Below are positions 27,675 through 38,125 of a DNA stretch of 64,000 bases, piece after piece (the first letter of the stretch is position 1; each line of letters opens with the position of its first letter). Below the pieces are notes generated by a model. The model made no database searches and was not told the DNA's origin. It was given only the letters and a program-made list of their open reading frames with translations. Where the stretch lies: positions 480,001 to 544,000 of the forward strand of contig CAWFOM010000005.1 of the NCBI GenBank assembly GCA_963817385.1, read 5' to 3'. The position numbers and the translations under genes are program-made. This DNA is from an uncultured delta proteobacterium (GTDB taxonomy: Bacteria > Desulfobacterota > Syntrophia > Syntrophales > UBA5619).

Positions 27675-29671
27675 GCAGGATGGTGAGGATTTTTGCGATA
27701 ACGTGCGCCCTCCTCGCGGCGATCCTGGCTGCGCTTCCCCCGGCCGTGTCGGAGGCGAGGGGCGTCTCCGGTGACAAGGCGCTCCTTGCCTCCCGTGACG
27801 CTTTTTTTGCCGGCGACCGGGTCAAACTTGCCCGCCAGGCGGAAAAAACCCGGGGCCACATGCTCGAATCCTATGTCGATTTCTGGCAACTGCGTCTGCG
27901 TCTGGAGGAAGCCGCTCCGGGTGAATTGCGGGAGTTCCTGGACCGCCATGCGGGGACGGTGCTTGCCGAGCAGTTGCGCAGGGATTGGCTGCGCGTGCTG
28001 GGGAAAAACAGGCAGTGGGAGCTTTTCCGGCAGGAATATCCCGCGCTCGTCAGAGATGATCCCGATGTCGCGTGTTATGCGCTTCAGGAGCGCTGGCCCG
28101 AGCAGACGCGATTCCGTACTCGCCGGGATCAAACCCTTCTGGAGAGCGCCGCGGCCGCTGCCGGAAGGCTGCGCCGCGGTGGCGGACGCGATGCTGCAGT
28201 CCGGGGATCTCACGCCGCGGGACCTGCGTGAACGCTTCCGGCTTTTGATCCGGGCCAATCTCATGACGGAGGCCGAACGGATGGCGGAGCGGCTGCCCGC
28301 GGATCAAGCTCCCCGGGCGAGTCAAATCGACCGTGTAGCAAAAGGACCGGCCAGGTTTCTCGAGCGATCTGACGCGGATGTGAAAACAGCCGCCGGGCGA
28401 GAACTCGTAATTGTTGCGCTTACACGCCTGGCCCAGAGCGATCCGCAGATCGCGGTGAGCTCCTGGAACGGCAAGCTGCGGGAGCGTTTTCCGCTTGAGG
28501 ACCGGCAGTACGTGTGGGCGATGCTCGCCGACCTGCGGGGCGCGCCGTCACCTGCCGGAGGCCGTGGATTGGTTCAGGGAAGCGGGGGAGACGCCGCTTT
28601 CGGAAGAGCAGCTTGCCTGGCGCGCCCGCATCGCGCTCCGGCAGAAAAATTGGCAGGAGGTGAGAGTCGCGATCGAGCGAATGGCGCCGCCGGTGTGCAA
28701 TGAGCCGACCTGGATCTATTGGTTGGGACGGTCGCTGTGTGCACTCGAGGCGCAGGAAGATGGGCAGCGGCTTTTGGGGCGCATCGCCGGCGAACATCAT
28801 TTCTACGGCCAGCTCGCTGCCGAGGAACTGGGAATGCCGCTCACGATCCCGCCAAAGGCGGCGCCGCCGACCAGAGCCGAGCTTGCAGAGGCCGCTGCCC
28901 GGGGCGGACTGAAGCGGGCGCTGGCATTATACCGCCTCGGCTTGCGGAGCGAGGCCACAACCGAATGGATGTGGACCATCCGCACGATGGACGACCGGGC
29001 GCTGCTTGCCGCCGCGGAGCTGGCGCATCGCAACGGGATTTGGGACCGCGCCATCAACACGGCCGACAAAACGATCGCCCTGCACAACTTCAACATGCGG
29101 TACCCCACTCCCTACGGTGACGTTCTTGCCGAGCAATCTCGCGTTCGGAAACTCGATGAACCATGGGTCTTGGGCTTGGTTCGCCAGGAGAGCCGCTTCA
29201 TCGCAGACGCCAAGTCCCCGGCGGGCGCCAAAGGACTGATGCAGTTACTTGCCGTCGACGGCGCGCTGGGTCGCACAGAAGATCGGGATGAAGGGTTTTC
29301 ATCCGTCGCGCGTGACTCAGCCGAGGGTGAACGTCGCGCTCGGCGCCTTCTACCTGCGGCATGTGCTCGGCGGGTTCGATGGTAACCCGGTGCTCGCCGC
29401 CGCCGCCTATAACGCCGGGCCGGGCCGCGCGCGCAGGTGGTGCGATTCGAAGCCGCTCGAGGGGGCGATTTATGTTGAGACAATCCCGTTTGAAGAGACG
29501 CGTCAATACGTCAAGAAAGTGATGGCAAACACCGTTTACTACGACGCTTTGTCCGGCGGCGGGGAGCGGCGCTCGCTGAAGTCCCGCCTGGGTACCATCG
29601 CCGGTGTGGGGCCGAATAACGAAGAGTCGGGGAACAAGCAGATCATAACCGGGACAGTGAACCTGCCGTGA
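27671..29671 (+). CDS. slt: Soluble lytic murein transglycosylase Slt70-like; three apparent frameshifts (~28100, ~28530, ~29250)
   Basis: Signal peptide, helical U-domain (YWLGR, FYGQLAAEELG), RQESRF, SPAGAKGLMQL, AAYNAGPGR, IPFEETRQYVKKV across four frames. Confidence 0.85.
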
Positions 29672-29742
29672 GGTGAGATTATCAATGAATGATTTTGATG
29701 GCCGGGACAAAGAGTTTCCCTTACGGAAGAAAGGATAACGTA

Positions 29743-30618
29743 ATGACCAATCCGCGTGCTGACTTCATCCCCATCGTCGACCGTAAACCCCTAAAACTAC
29801 CCGGAGATGCCAGGATTGCCGTCTGGGTGATCGTAAATATCGAGGAGTGGCCGTTCGACGAGCCGATGGCCCGTACGGTTCTCCCGCCGCCCCAGGGTGT
29901 CACCATCGTGCCGGACATCACCAACTTCGGCTGGTTCGACTACGGGCTTAGGGTCGGTATCTGGCGGATAAGGGATGTCTTGGACAAGCATGGTGTCAGG
30001 GCCTCGGTCAGTCTGAACGGCTCGGTCTGCAACACCTATCCGCAGATCGTTGACGCCTGCCTTGAGAGTAACTGGGAGCTCTTTGGCCATAGTTTTCTGC
30101 AGAGGGCCCTGCCGAAGGAAAAGGATGAGCGTGCCGTTATCCGCAAAACGATCGACGTGATCAAGGAAAAGACGGGACAGAAGCCGCGCGGCTGGATGGG
30201 GCCGGGTCTGCACGAAACGATTGACACGCCGGATATCCTCGCAGAGGAGGGGATCGAGTACGTCCTGGATTGGGTGAATGATGACCTGCCCTACCCGCTG
30301 AAGGTGAAGAAGGGCACACTCTTCTCCATCCCCTACACCATGGAGCTCAACGATATCCCCATCTATGCCGTGCAGCACCACCGCTCGGCGGAGCTGTTCG
30401 ATCGCTCCTGCGACCAGTTCGACACGCTCTATGAAGAGGGTCGACAAAACGCCCGAATCATGGCCATCGCGGTGCACCCGTACCTTACCGGCGTGCCCCA
30501 TCGCATCGGTTACTTCAGCAAGATTTTCGACTACATCAAGAAGCACGATAATGTTATCTTCATGACGGGCAGCGAGATCCTGGATTGGTACAAACAGGCC
30601 GCCGGATTTAACGGCTGA
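29743..30618 (+). CDS. Polysaccharide deacetylase / PuuE-like hydrolase
   Basis: VNIEEW, DYGLRVGIWR, GWMGPGL, DDLPY, PYTMELND, AVHPYLTG. Confidence 0.88.
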   Translation: MTNPRADFIPIVDRKPLKLPGDARIAVWVIVNIEEWPFDEPMARTVLPPPQGVTIVPDITNFGWFDYGLRVGIWRIRDVLDKHGVRASVSLNGSVCNTYPQIVDACLESNWELFGHSFLQRALPKEKDERAVIRKTIDVIKEKTGQKPRGWMGPGLHETIDTPDILAEEGIEYVLDWVNDDLPYPLKVKKGTLFSIPYTMELNDIPIYAVQHHRSAELFDRSCDQFDTLYEEGRQNARIMAIAVHPYLTGVPHRIGYFSKIFDYIKKHDNVIFMTGSEILDWYKQAAGFNG

Positions 30619-30718
30619 TGATTGCTTTGCCGAACTGGGAGGAGCAGGAATGACTGTTCCTCCTCCTTCAGGATCGGCGATTCTCCTCCATTCCCCCGGG
30701 GTGGGCGTTTGGTATTGC

Positions 30719-30747
30719 TTGACATACGCATTGGCATTCTGTACATT
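30719..30747 (+). promoter_or_regulatory. Putative sigma70 promoter for the VOC gene
   Basis: TTGACA-17 bp-TACATT. Confidence 0.55.
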
Positions 30748-30791
30748 CGCCCCACTTAAAAAATAAAATTTTATCAGCAAAGGAGAGCTCT

Positions 30792-31178
30792 ATGCCACCA
30801 ACCTATTACTTTGATCATGTTCATGTCGTGACCAAAGACCCGAAGGCCACAGCGAACTATTTTCATACGATGTTCGATGCGAAGGTAATCGAATCCGCAC
30901 CTGATGGAAAGCCCCGGATCGACCTGGACCTGAACGGCTTGACCATCTTTCTCTTCCAGGCAGCGCCCGGGGAAAACCTGCCGGCCGCGCCTGCCGGGCG
31001 TTACCTGGGCCTCGACCACTTCGGGCTTCGGGTCGACAATCTGGATGAGACGTGCGCCGAGTTGAAACGGCGGGGAGTGGTATTCACCGCAGAACCCCTT
31101 ACGGTCCGGCCCGGCCTGAAGATCGCTTTTATCCGCGGCCCCGAAAATTCCCGGATTGAAATACTGGAACGCAGCTGA
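30792..31178 (+). CDS. VOC/glyoxalase family protein
   Basis: FDHVH, GLDHFGLRVDNL, AFIRGPENSRIEILE. Confidence 0.9.
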   Translation: MPPTYYFDHVHVVTKDPKATANYFHTMFDAKVIESAPDGKPRIDLDLNGLTIFLFQAAPGENLPAAPAGRYLGLDHFGLRVDNLDETCAELKRRGVVFTAEPLTVRPGLKIAFIRGPENSRIEILERS

Positions 31179-31266
31179 TCCGATCAACGCCGGGGGGCTT
31201 TGACCGTAGTTCATGGGCAGTCACATTTGCCGTTCTGTATGCTATACCGCAAGGGGAGGATTCACC

Positions 31267-32057
31267 ATGGAAGTCGCTCCGAACATCTGCTCTTTTTTTC
31301 TGAAAATTTCCCGGCCTTGTGTGGCTTCTCCGGCGTGACCGTGACCGGACACGCCTTGGCGGCGGAGCTGCGCTTGTATGCCGCCGCCGGCGTAAAATCG
31401 CCTATCATCGAACTGGCCGCTGAATTCGAAAAAGCCTCCGGCCACAGGATTGCGCCGGTGTTCGATACCGCCGGCGCGGCGGAGCAGCGTTTTCTGGCGG
31501 ACAGTGGGGCGACGTTTCTGATCACCACCAAAATCCGCATCCGCGACGCGGAAAAAACCGGGAAATTGAAAAATGGTGTTGTCCACGTGGTCGGCGATAC
31601 CGTCGGAGGATTTGCGGCGTCACCCGGACAAGCCAAACCGGATATCTCGACACCGGAAAAACTCAAAGCCGCCTTGCTTGCCGCGCCGCGCATCGCATTT
31701 TCCGATCCCGCGCGGGGCGCCACCGTCGGCGCGCACTTCATGAGGATGATCGAAACGCTCGGCGTCAAGGCCGAAGTGCTTAAGAAGTCGATACTCGCAA
31801 AAGACGGTGTTGAAACCATGCGTATGATCCTTGCCGGCGAAGCGGATCTCGGGGTCACCCAGCTCAGCGAGGTCGTACAGGCCAACCGTGCGGCGCTGGT
31901 CGGCCCGTTTCCCAAGGAGTATGACCTCGCCACTACATATTCGCTCTGGTACCGGACCGATGCCGCGCCGGCAGCGAAGGCGTTTGCCGAGCTCGTTACC
32001 GGTCCCTTGGGTCGTGCGAAGCTGATGCAACATGGCCTGAGGCCTTCTCACGACTGA
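31267..32057 (+). CDS. ModA-like solute-binding protein (frameshift in the signal-peptide region)
   Basis: FEKASGH, PDISTPEKLKAALL, IAFSDPARGA.VG.HF, GEADLG. The ATG at 31267 with RBS GGAGG is out of frame with the body. Confidence 0.75.
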
Positions 32058-32062
32058 ATCTT

Positions 32063-33062
32063 ATGAAATACCTGGGAAATCTATCTAACACCGATCCGCT
32101 CTACGGCTATCTGCGCAACGACATCCTCCCGCAGCTGGGTGTCCATGACCTCTCCCCCGACTTTCGAGTGTTTATGTTTCAGGCGTCAAACCATGTCTAT
32201 CTCTACGAAGAGCGGCACAGCCAGACGCGCATGATCGGAAAATTTTTTAACGGCGTCTCGGACCGCTCGCCGGAGACGGCCCTTCACCACATGGAGCGGG
32301 AATTCAACAATCTTAGCCACCTGCGCAGTATCGGTTTTTCCGGTTATCCTCATTATGTCGCCCGCCCTCTGGGTCGCAATGCAAGCCTTAACTGTGTCCT
32401 GATTGAGGAGTTCTGTTACGGTACGCCGCTGAATGACTTCATCGTCAAGGCGATCCGGGAAGGGGCGCGGGTGGCCCTCTTTGAGAAACTCACCGCGCTC
32501 GCCTATTTTCTCGCCACCCTGCACAACAGGACCGCCATCGAGGAACGGGTCGATATTAACCGGGACTGCTCCTACTTCGACCGGATCATGGATCAGCTGA
32601 AAAACTGGGGACACATCGGGTGGAATGATGCGGAGGATTTTCACCGGATGAAGGAACGGTGGCGGGAGAAGGGATTCATGGGGGAGGACAACCAGGTGCT
32701 CGTCCACGGCGACGTAACGCCCACCAATATCCTCTTCGGCGACGGCCTCTGGGTGATCGCCATCGACCTGGAGCGGATGAAGCTCGGCTGACCGGGTCTT
32801 CGACGTGGGCCGGGTGGCGGCCGAGATCAAGCACTTCTTCATGCAGTACGCGGGCGACAAACGGATGGCGGAACCCTTTATCGGGCACTTCCTCTGGGAG
32901 TATGCCTGCCACTTTCCGGACCGGGACAGCGCCTTTCGGTCCGTTACGCAGCGCGTTCCGTTTCACATGGGTATGACCCTTCTGCGCATCGCCCGTAACT
33001 CGTGGATTACCGATACATACCGCCGGCAGTTACTGGATGAAGCCAGAGAAACACTGAGGTAG
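32063..33062 (+). CDS. Aminoglycoside-phosphotransferase-family kinase (apparent +1 frameshift ~32785)
   Basis: LATLHN, VHGDVTPTNILF, IDLE, continuing D.VFDVGRVAAEIKH in the next frame. Confidence 0.85.
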
Positions 33063-33069
33063 ATACGCG

Positions 33070-33813
33070 ATGGCAATAAAAGGGATCCTCTTTGATCTCT
33101 ATGGAACCTTGATCGACATCGAAACCGACGAGTCCATGGAAGAGATATACCGCGGCATTGCGCATTATCTGACCTACCAGGGGGTATCCCTGCACCGGTG
33201 GGAGGTGCGGGACCGCTATTACCAAATCATGAAGGAGCAAAAAGAGGCTTGCAGTGAGGAGTGTCCGGAAATCGATGTGGAGAGGATCTGGAACGCATTT
33301 CTCGAACGGGAAGGCATGCCGGCGAGCGCGGAACGGGGGAAACTTGCCCTGACTCTTGCCCAGATATACCGGGGCATCTCGCGGAAACGGCTCCAGCTTT
33401 ACCCCGACGTAAGGGAGGTGCTCGACGAGTTATGCCCGGTATACCGATTGGCGCTCGTTTCTGACTCCCAGCCCGGTTACGCCCTGCCGGAGATGAAGGC
33501 CGTGGGACTCAGCGGTTACTTCGACCCCGTCATCATCTCCGCCCGGTACGGATTCAGAAAACCCGACAAGAGGCTGATGGAGAAGGCGCTCGACATCATG
33601 AAGCTCCTGCCGGCGCAGGTGATCTTCGTCGGGAACGACATGTACCGGGATATTTACGGGGCGAGCCGGCTCGGCATCAAGACCATCTTCATCGACTCCA
33701 ACCAGGGGGACAAACGCCATGAGAAGACGACTCCCGACTACGTGGCCCAGCGATTCGAGGATGTTCTCAAGGGGGTCGCGGCCGTGACGGGGTCTCTGCC
33801 TGCGCCGCATTAA
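33070..33813 (+). CDS. HAD-family hydrolase
   Basis: FDLYGTLID, LVSD, RKPD, VGNDMYRDI. Confidence 0.9.
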   Translation: MAIKGILFDLYGTLIDIETDESMEEIYRGIAHYLTYQGVSLHRWEVRDRYYQIMKEQKEACSEECPEIDVERIWNAFLEREGMPASAERGKLALTLAQIYRGISRKRLQLYPDVREVLDELCPVYRLALVSDSQPGYALPEMKAVGLSGYFDPVIISARYGFRKPDKRLMEKALDIMKLLPAQVIFVGNDMYRDIYGASRLGIKTIFIDSNQGDKRHEKTTPDYVAQRFEDVLKGVAAVTGSLPAPH

Positions 33814-33853
33814 TTTGGCGTGAACTCACGCTCTGCTCCTTCGTGTGGGGCGC

Positions 33854-33972
33854 TTGAATCCGCCAGCGAGCGCATTCCCCGCGGCTTGCCGCGGGGTAAG
33901 CGAGCAAAAACGGAATCGTTTGTTCCTCTGAAGGATCGAAGATTCTCCGCAGCAAGCGGCAGAGCGATTCAA
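33854..33972 (+). repeat. ~119-bp double-hairpin element, copy 1 (IS200/IS605-end-like MITE/PATE)
   Basis: TTGAA...CATTCCCCGCGGCTTGCCGCGGGGTAAGCGAGCAAAAA...AAGGATCGAAGATTCTCCGC...TTCAA; homologous to 50058-50173 in inverted orientation. Confidence 0.85.
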
Positions 33973-35252
33973 TCCCCGGCAGCATTTTTTTTGAAATGCG
34001 AGTGCAGGGTTTCCGGCATGCTGATGAGCAGGGGCATCCTGATCAGGAGGTCGATGATTACGAAGGCGACGAACGGGTATTGCGGTCCGACCCTGTCCCA
34101 GATGATACCCGCCGTCAAGGCCAGGATGGCGCTCAGAACCATCTTGAAAAACCGGGTGATGCCGATCCATCTTCCCATCTGCCCGGGAGGCACCAGTTCT
34201 CGTTCTATGGCGGCGGCGATCGATGCGCCGATGAAGTAAAAGCCCTGCAGGATACCGGCGATGATCAGAAAAGCCGGCGACGGTGCGAATATAAGGATCA
34301 CGTTGGAAATCCAAAAAAGCGGAATGGTGACATACAATACTTTCTTCCTGCCGATCCGGTCGGCAAGCCTTCCCAGGGGAATGGCAAATACGATGGATGC
34401 CAGGGCCGATCCGGTAACCATCGCCCCCAGGATAAATTCATTGGCCCCTTTTATCGAGTGGGCGAAAACCTGAGTGAAAGGAAAAACCATCCCTGCCGGC
34501 AACTGGGAAATGGAAGCGATGACCAGCCACTTCTTCAAATGGTTGCCTCCCTTGAGCACCTGGGAGATACCTTTCAACAAGTTTGGCCCATTGACGCCTG
34601 TCCTTACCCACATTCGTTTCGACAGCTGTGTCAGGACGATGACGAAGGTGCCGATTGTAATGATAAGGCCGGTAAAGAACAATGGCCGTATGCCGCTGAT
34701 CGTTACCCCGCCGTAGAAGGCGACCAGCCAGGTAGCCAGCATCGGTCCGGCCATTCCCAAAAGGCCTGCGGCAACCGTTTCACAAATCAGCATTCCCGTG
34801 GCCCGATCCCGGTTGACCAGGCAGTTGCCGCAGATTGTCGCGCAACTGTGAGAGCTGGTGGAGAAACCCAGCCAGTAGGTAATCATGGCTATGATGGTAA
34901 TCCCCCAGCTTTGCGCCAGGCCATAGGTCAGATAGGAGACGCCCATAAAACCAATGCCGGCGAGGTAGATCTTTTTCGGGCCGATCCTGTCGATAAACCA
35001 TCCGGTAAAGGGTCCGAAGACCCCGGCGATGATCATGCCGATGCTGTTGACCATGCCCAGTTGAGTACCCGTAGCCCCCAGCGCCACGATATAGATGGAC
35101 AGGTACGGAAAGACCATCTGGTAGGCGAGCTTATCGAGTGACGTGCGCAAGACGGTGACTTTCCAGTCCCGCTCTTGCCGTTTCAGAAATGAAATGCCGT
35201 TACCGAGAAAGGCCGGCATGGGTTTGACGGATGTCTCCTGATTATTACTCAA
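33969..35252 (-). CDS. MFS transporter
   Basis: About 12 hydrophobic segments; motif A GWFIDRIGPKK and GRLADRIGRKK. Confidence 0.9.
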   Translation of the reverse strand: MSNNQETSVKPMPAFLGNGISFLKRQERDWKVTVLRTSLDKLAYQMVFPYLSIYIVALGATGTQLGMVNSIGMIIAGVFGPFTGWFIDRIGPKKIYLAGIGFMGVSYLTYGLAQSWGITIIAMITYWLGFSTSSHSCATICGNCLVNRDRATGMLICETVAAGLLGMAGPMLATWLVAFYGGVTISGIRPLFFTGLIITIGTFVIVLTQLSKRMWVRTGVNGPNLLKGISQVLKGGNHLKKWLVIASISQLPAGMVFPFTQVFAHSIKGANEFILGAMVTGSALASIVFAIPLGRLADRIGRKKVLYVTIPLFWISNVILIFAPSPAFLIIAGILQGFYFIGASIAAAIERELVPPGQMGRWIGITRFFKMVLSAILALTAGIIWDRVGPQYPFVAFVIIDLLIRMPLLISMPETLHSHFKKNAAGD

Positions 35253-35437
35253 GCGCTGTTCCTTGAATGAAGTATTGCCACGGGTGCCGGTTTCTCCGGC
35301 GTAATCCGGGGGGAGGCTATCCCAGAAAGAAGAGCGGTGTCAATTAATTTTTATCTTCAATTTGCCGGCTTGCGTCACCATACATTTTCGTTTATAAGGG
35401 AATCATGCATGCAGAATGAATGATTTGGAGGAACGAT

Positions 35438-35815
35438 ATGTTTCAGTGCGCATCGTATGAGACATTCCAGGACGGTGAGGTGATCTTCGATGAGGGGGCC
35501 AATGGCGACTGGATCTACGTCGTGGAAAAGGGCGAAGTGGAGATTTCCAAAAAGATAGATGGTAGGAAGATCGTCATCGAGGTCCTGAAAACGGGAGACA
35601 TCTTCGGCGAGGAAGCCTACATCGACAAGGCGCCCCGGTCCGCAAAGGCTACAGCCGTGGGGACGACCGAGGTCGGCATCATCGATCGGGAGTTTTTCGA
35701 CAGGGAATTCAACAAACTTTCCGCCGATTTCCAACAGATGCTCAAGACGGTGACCTTGCGCCTCCGGAAGACCACGAGGAAGTGGTTAGATACACAGAAG
35801 GGAACAGGCAATTAA
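35438..35815 (+). CDS. Stand-alone cyclic-nucleotide-binding domain protein
   Basis: GEVIFDEG, YVVEKGEVEI, GDIFGE, PRSA. Confidence 0.88.
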   Translation: MFQCASYETFQDGEVIFDEGANGDWIYVVEKGEVEISKKIDGRKIVIEVLKTGDIFGEEAYIDKAPRSAKATAVGTTEVGIIDREFFDREFNKLSADFQQMLKTVTLRLRKTTRKWLDTQKGTGN

Positions 35816-35995
35816 CCTGTTCCGCCAACGCCCTTTCTCCCGGTGATGCTCCGTTTTCAAATTCCTTTTATGTGATGCTGGCTGAAATTCAGTAGCGTTT
35901 GAGGATTGCCGGCATGTCGGATACGTACAACGGCAATCATCATGAAAAAATATTCGCCGCGGAGGGGACGAAAAAAGAGTCCTGATGGAGGGAAC

Positions 35996-37926
35996 ATGTC
36001 TTACGGGTATAACGGCAAAATTTTACGAGTGGATTTGACCTCCGGGACGGTACGGGTGGAGGAACCCGGCGAGATCGTATACCGCACCTACCTGGGAGGA
36101 GGCGGATTGGCTTCTTACTATCTGCTCCGGGAGCTTAAGCCGGGAATCGATCCGCTGTCGACCGACAATATTCTGATCTTTGCCTCCTCCGTTATTTCCG
36201 GGGTGCCGATTGCCGGGATGGTCCGCTATCACCGTCGCGGCCAAGTCGCCCCTGACGGGGGCATACGGAGAGGCGGAGGCCGGCGGTTTCTGGGGTCCGG
36301 AATTGAAATTCGCCGGGTTTGACGCCGTGATCATAACGGGAAAGGCGGAAAAACCTTCTTACCTCTGGATCAACGACGGCACAGGCCGAGATCCGGTCGG
36401 CGGAGAAGATCTGGGGGCTGGAGACAGGCCCGGCTCAGGAGGCGATCAAGGAGGAGCTCAAGGATAAGCGGGTGCGGGTGGCCCTGATCGGGCCGGCCGG
36501 GGAAAACCTGGTGCGTTTTGCCTGCGTGGTGAATGAATTGAAGCACGCCAATGGCCGGACCGGCATGGGCGCGGTGATGGGCTCAAAAAATCTGAAGGCC
36601 GTTGCCGTCCGGGGGACGAAAAAAATGGATATTCATGACCCGGAAAAGTTCCGGGAGATGTCCAAGAGCCTGACGGAGTTGATCGGTCAGCACGGCCCGA
36701 ACAAGGTGCTCCACAAGCTGGGAACTTCAAATCTGGTGAAGATCATCAACGCCCAAGGCATCCTGCCGACCCGCAATTTCCGCACCGGTTTCTTCGAGGG
36801 GGCGGAAAAGATCAGCGGCGAGCGGATGGCCGAAACGATCCTGAAGAGCGAGGAAGGTTGCTATGCGTGCGCGGTGCGCTGCAAACGGGCGGTGGAAATT
36901 CCCTCCGGCCCCTATGCGACCTCCCGCAAGTACGGCGGGCCGGAATACGAAACGCTGAGCTCCCTGGGATCGCTCCTGTGCATCGACGATCTGGCTGCCA
37001 TCGCCAAGGGGAACGAGCTGTGCAACCGATATACGCTGGACACCATTTCCGCCGGCGTGGCGATCGGATTCGCCATGGAGTGCTACGAGAAGGGCATCCT
37101 CACCAAGGCGGATACGGAGGGGATCGAGTTCACGTTCGGGAACCCCGAGGCGATGCTGAAGGGGATCGAGTGGATCGCCTTCCGCAAGCCGGGGCTGGGC
37201 AATCTCCTCGCCGACGGCGTCAAGGCCGCAGCGGCCAAGCTCGGCAAGGGCTCGGAGAAGTTCGCCCTCCACATCAAGGGGCAGGAGCTGCCCATGCACG
37301 ACCCGCGCGGGAAGACCGGCCAGGGGTTGAGCTTCGCCGTTTCACCAACGGGAGCGGACCATGTGCGGGCCCCCCATGACACCCCGTTTCAGGCCCCCGG
37401 ACCCAATCTGGGGCGGATCGCCTCGCTCGGCCTCCTGGAGCCGGTCGATGGCCGGGAGATGGGGCCGCGCAAGGCCCGCAACTTCACCTACCTCCATTTC
37501 GTCTGGTCGCTCTACGAATCCCTGGGGGTGTGCAACTTTGTGGCCGGCCCGGTATGGGCGCTGACTCTTCCCAAACTCGTGGAGGTTGTCCAGGCGGTGA
37601 CCGGCTGGGAGACGAGCCTGTGGGAGCTGATGAAGGTCGGTGAGAGGACCGTGACCATGGCCAGGGTTTTCAATCTGCGCGAAGGGTTCGGGCGCAAGGA
37701 TGACACCCTTCCGGAGAGGCTTTTCGAGCCCCTGGAGAGCGGCGCGCTCCAGGGCAAGGGGATTGATCGCCGGGCGTTTGAAGATCTCCTGACCCTCTAT
37801 TATGAGGCGATGGGCTGGGATCCCGCGGACGGTGTGCCGACGAGAGGGAAACTCGCGGAGCTTAACCTGTTCTGGCTGGACGAGTTCGTGAAGGACAAGC
37901 GGCGGTCTTCAAAGGCAGGCGTATGA
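35996..37926 (+). CDS. aor: Aldehyde:ferredoxin oxidoreductase (W/Mo); two apparent frameshifts (~36225, ~36380)
   Basis: GYNGKILRVDL, KSPLTG, IGPAGENLV, GR.GMGAVMGSKNLKA, CYACAVRC, GPEYET, DTIS, DPRG. Confidence 0.92.
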
Positions 37927-38111
37927 TTGACCGGATGGTTTCAACGGTTATTGATGCGGAAAAATGTACCGGATGCGGCCAGTGCGTCCAGGTTTGTCCC
38001 TCGAGGACGATATCAATGCAGGGAGCAAAGGCCGTCGTAACCGGCGATCGTTCTCTTTCCGGCGGTCATTGTGCGGCGGTTTGCCCGGTTGACGCCATAA
38101 CAGCCTGGTAG
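37923..38111 (+). pseudogene. 4Fe-4S ferredoxin fragment, probably a truncated Fe-S/nitroreductase N-terminus
   Basis: CTGCGQCVQVCP is intact; the second motif SLSGGHCAAVCP lacks two Cys; stop immediately after. ATGA overlap with aor. Confidence 0.55.
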
Positions 38112-38125
38112 GGGATATCCGCATC

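Noticed and set aside
32063..33062. Kinase as an aminoglycoside-resistance gene
   Set aside because: Only fold-level motifs; no resistance-cassette or integron context.
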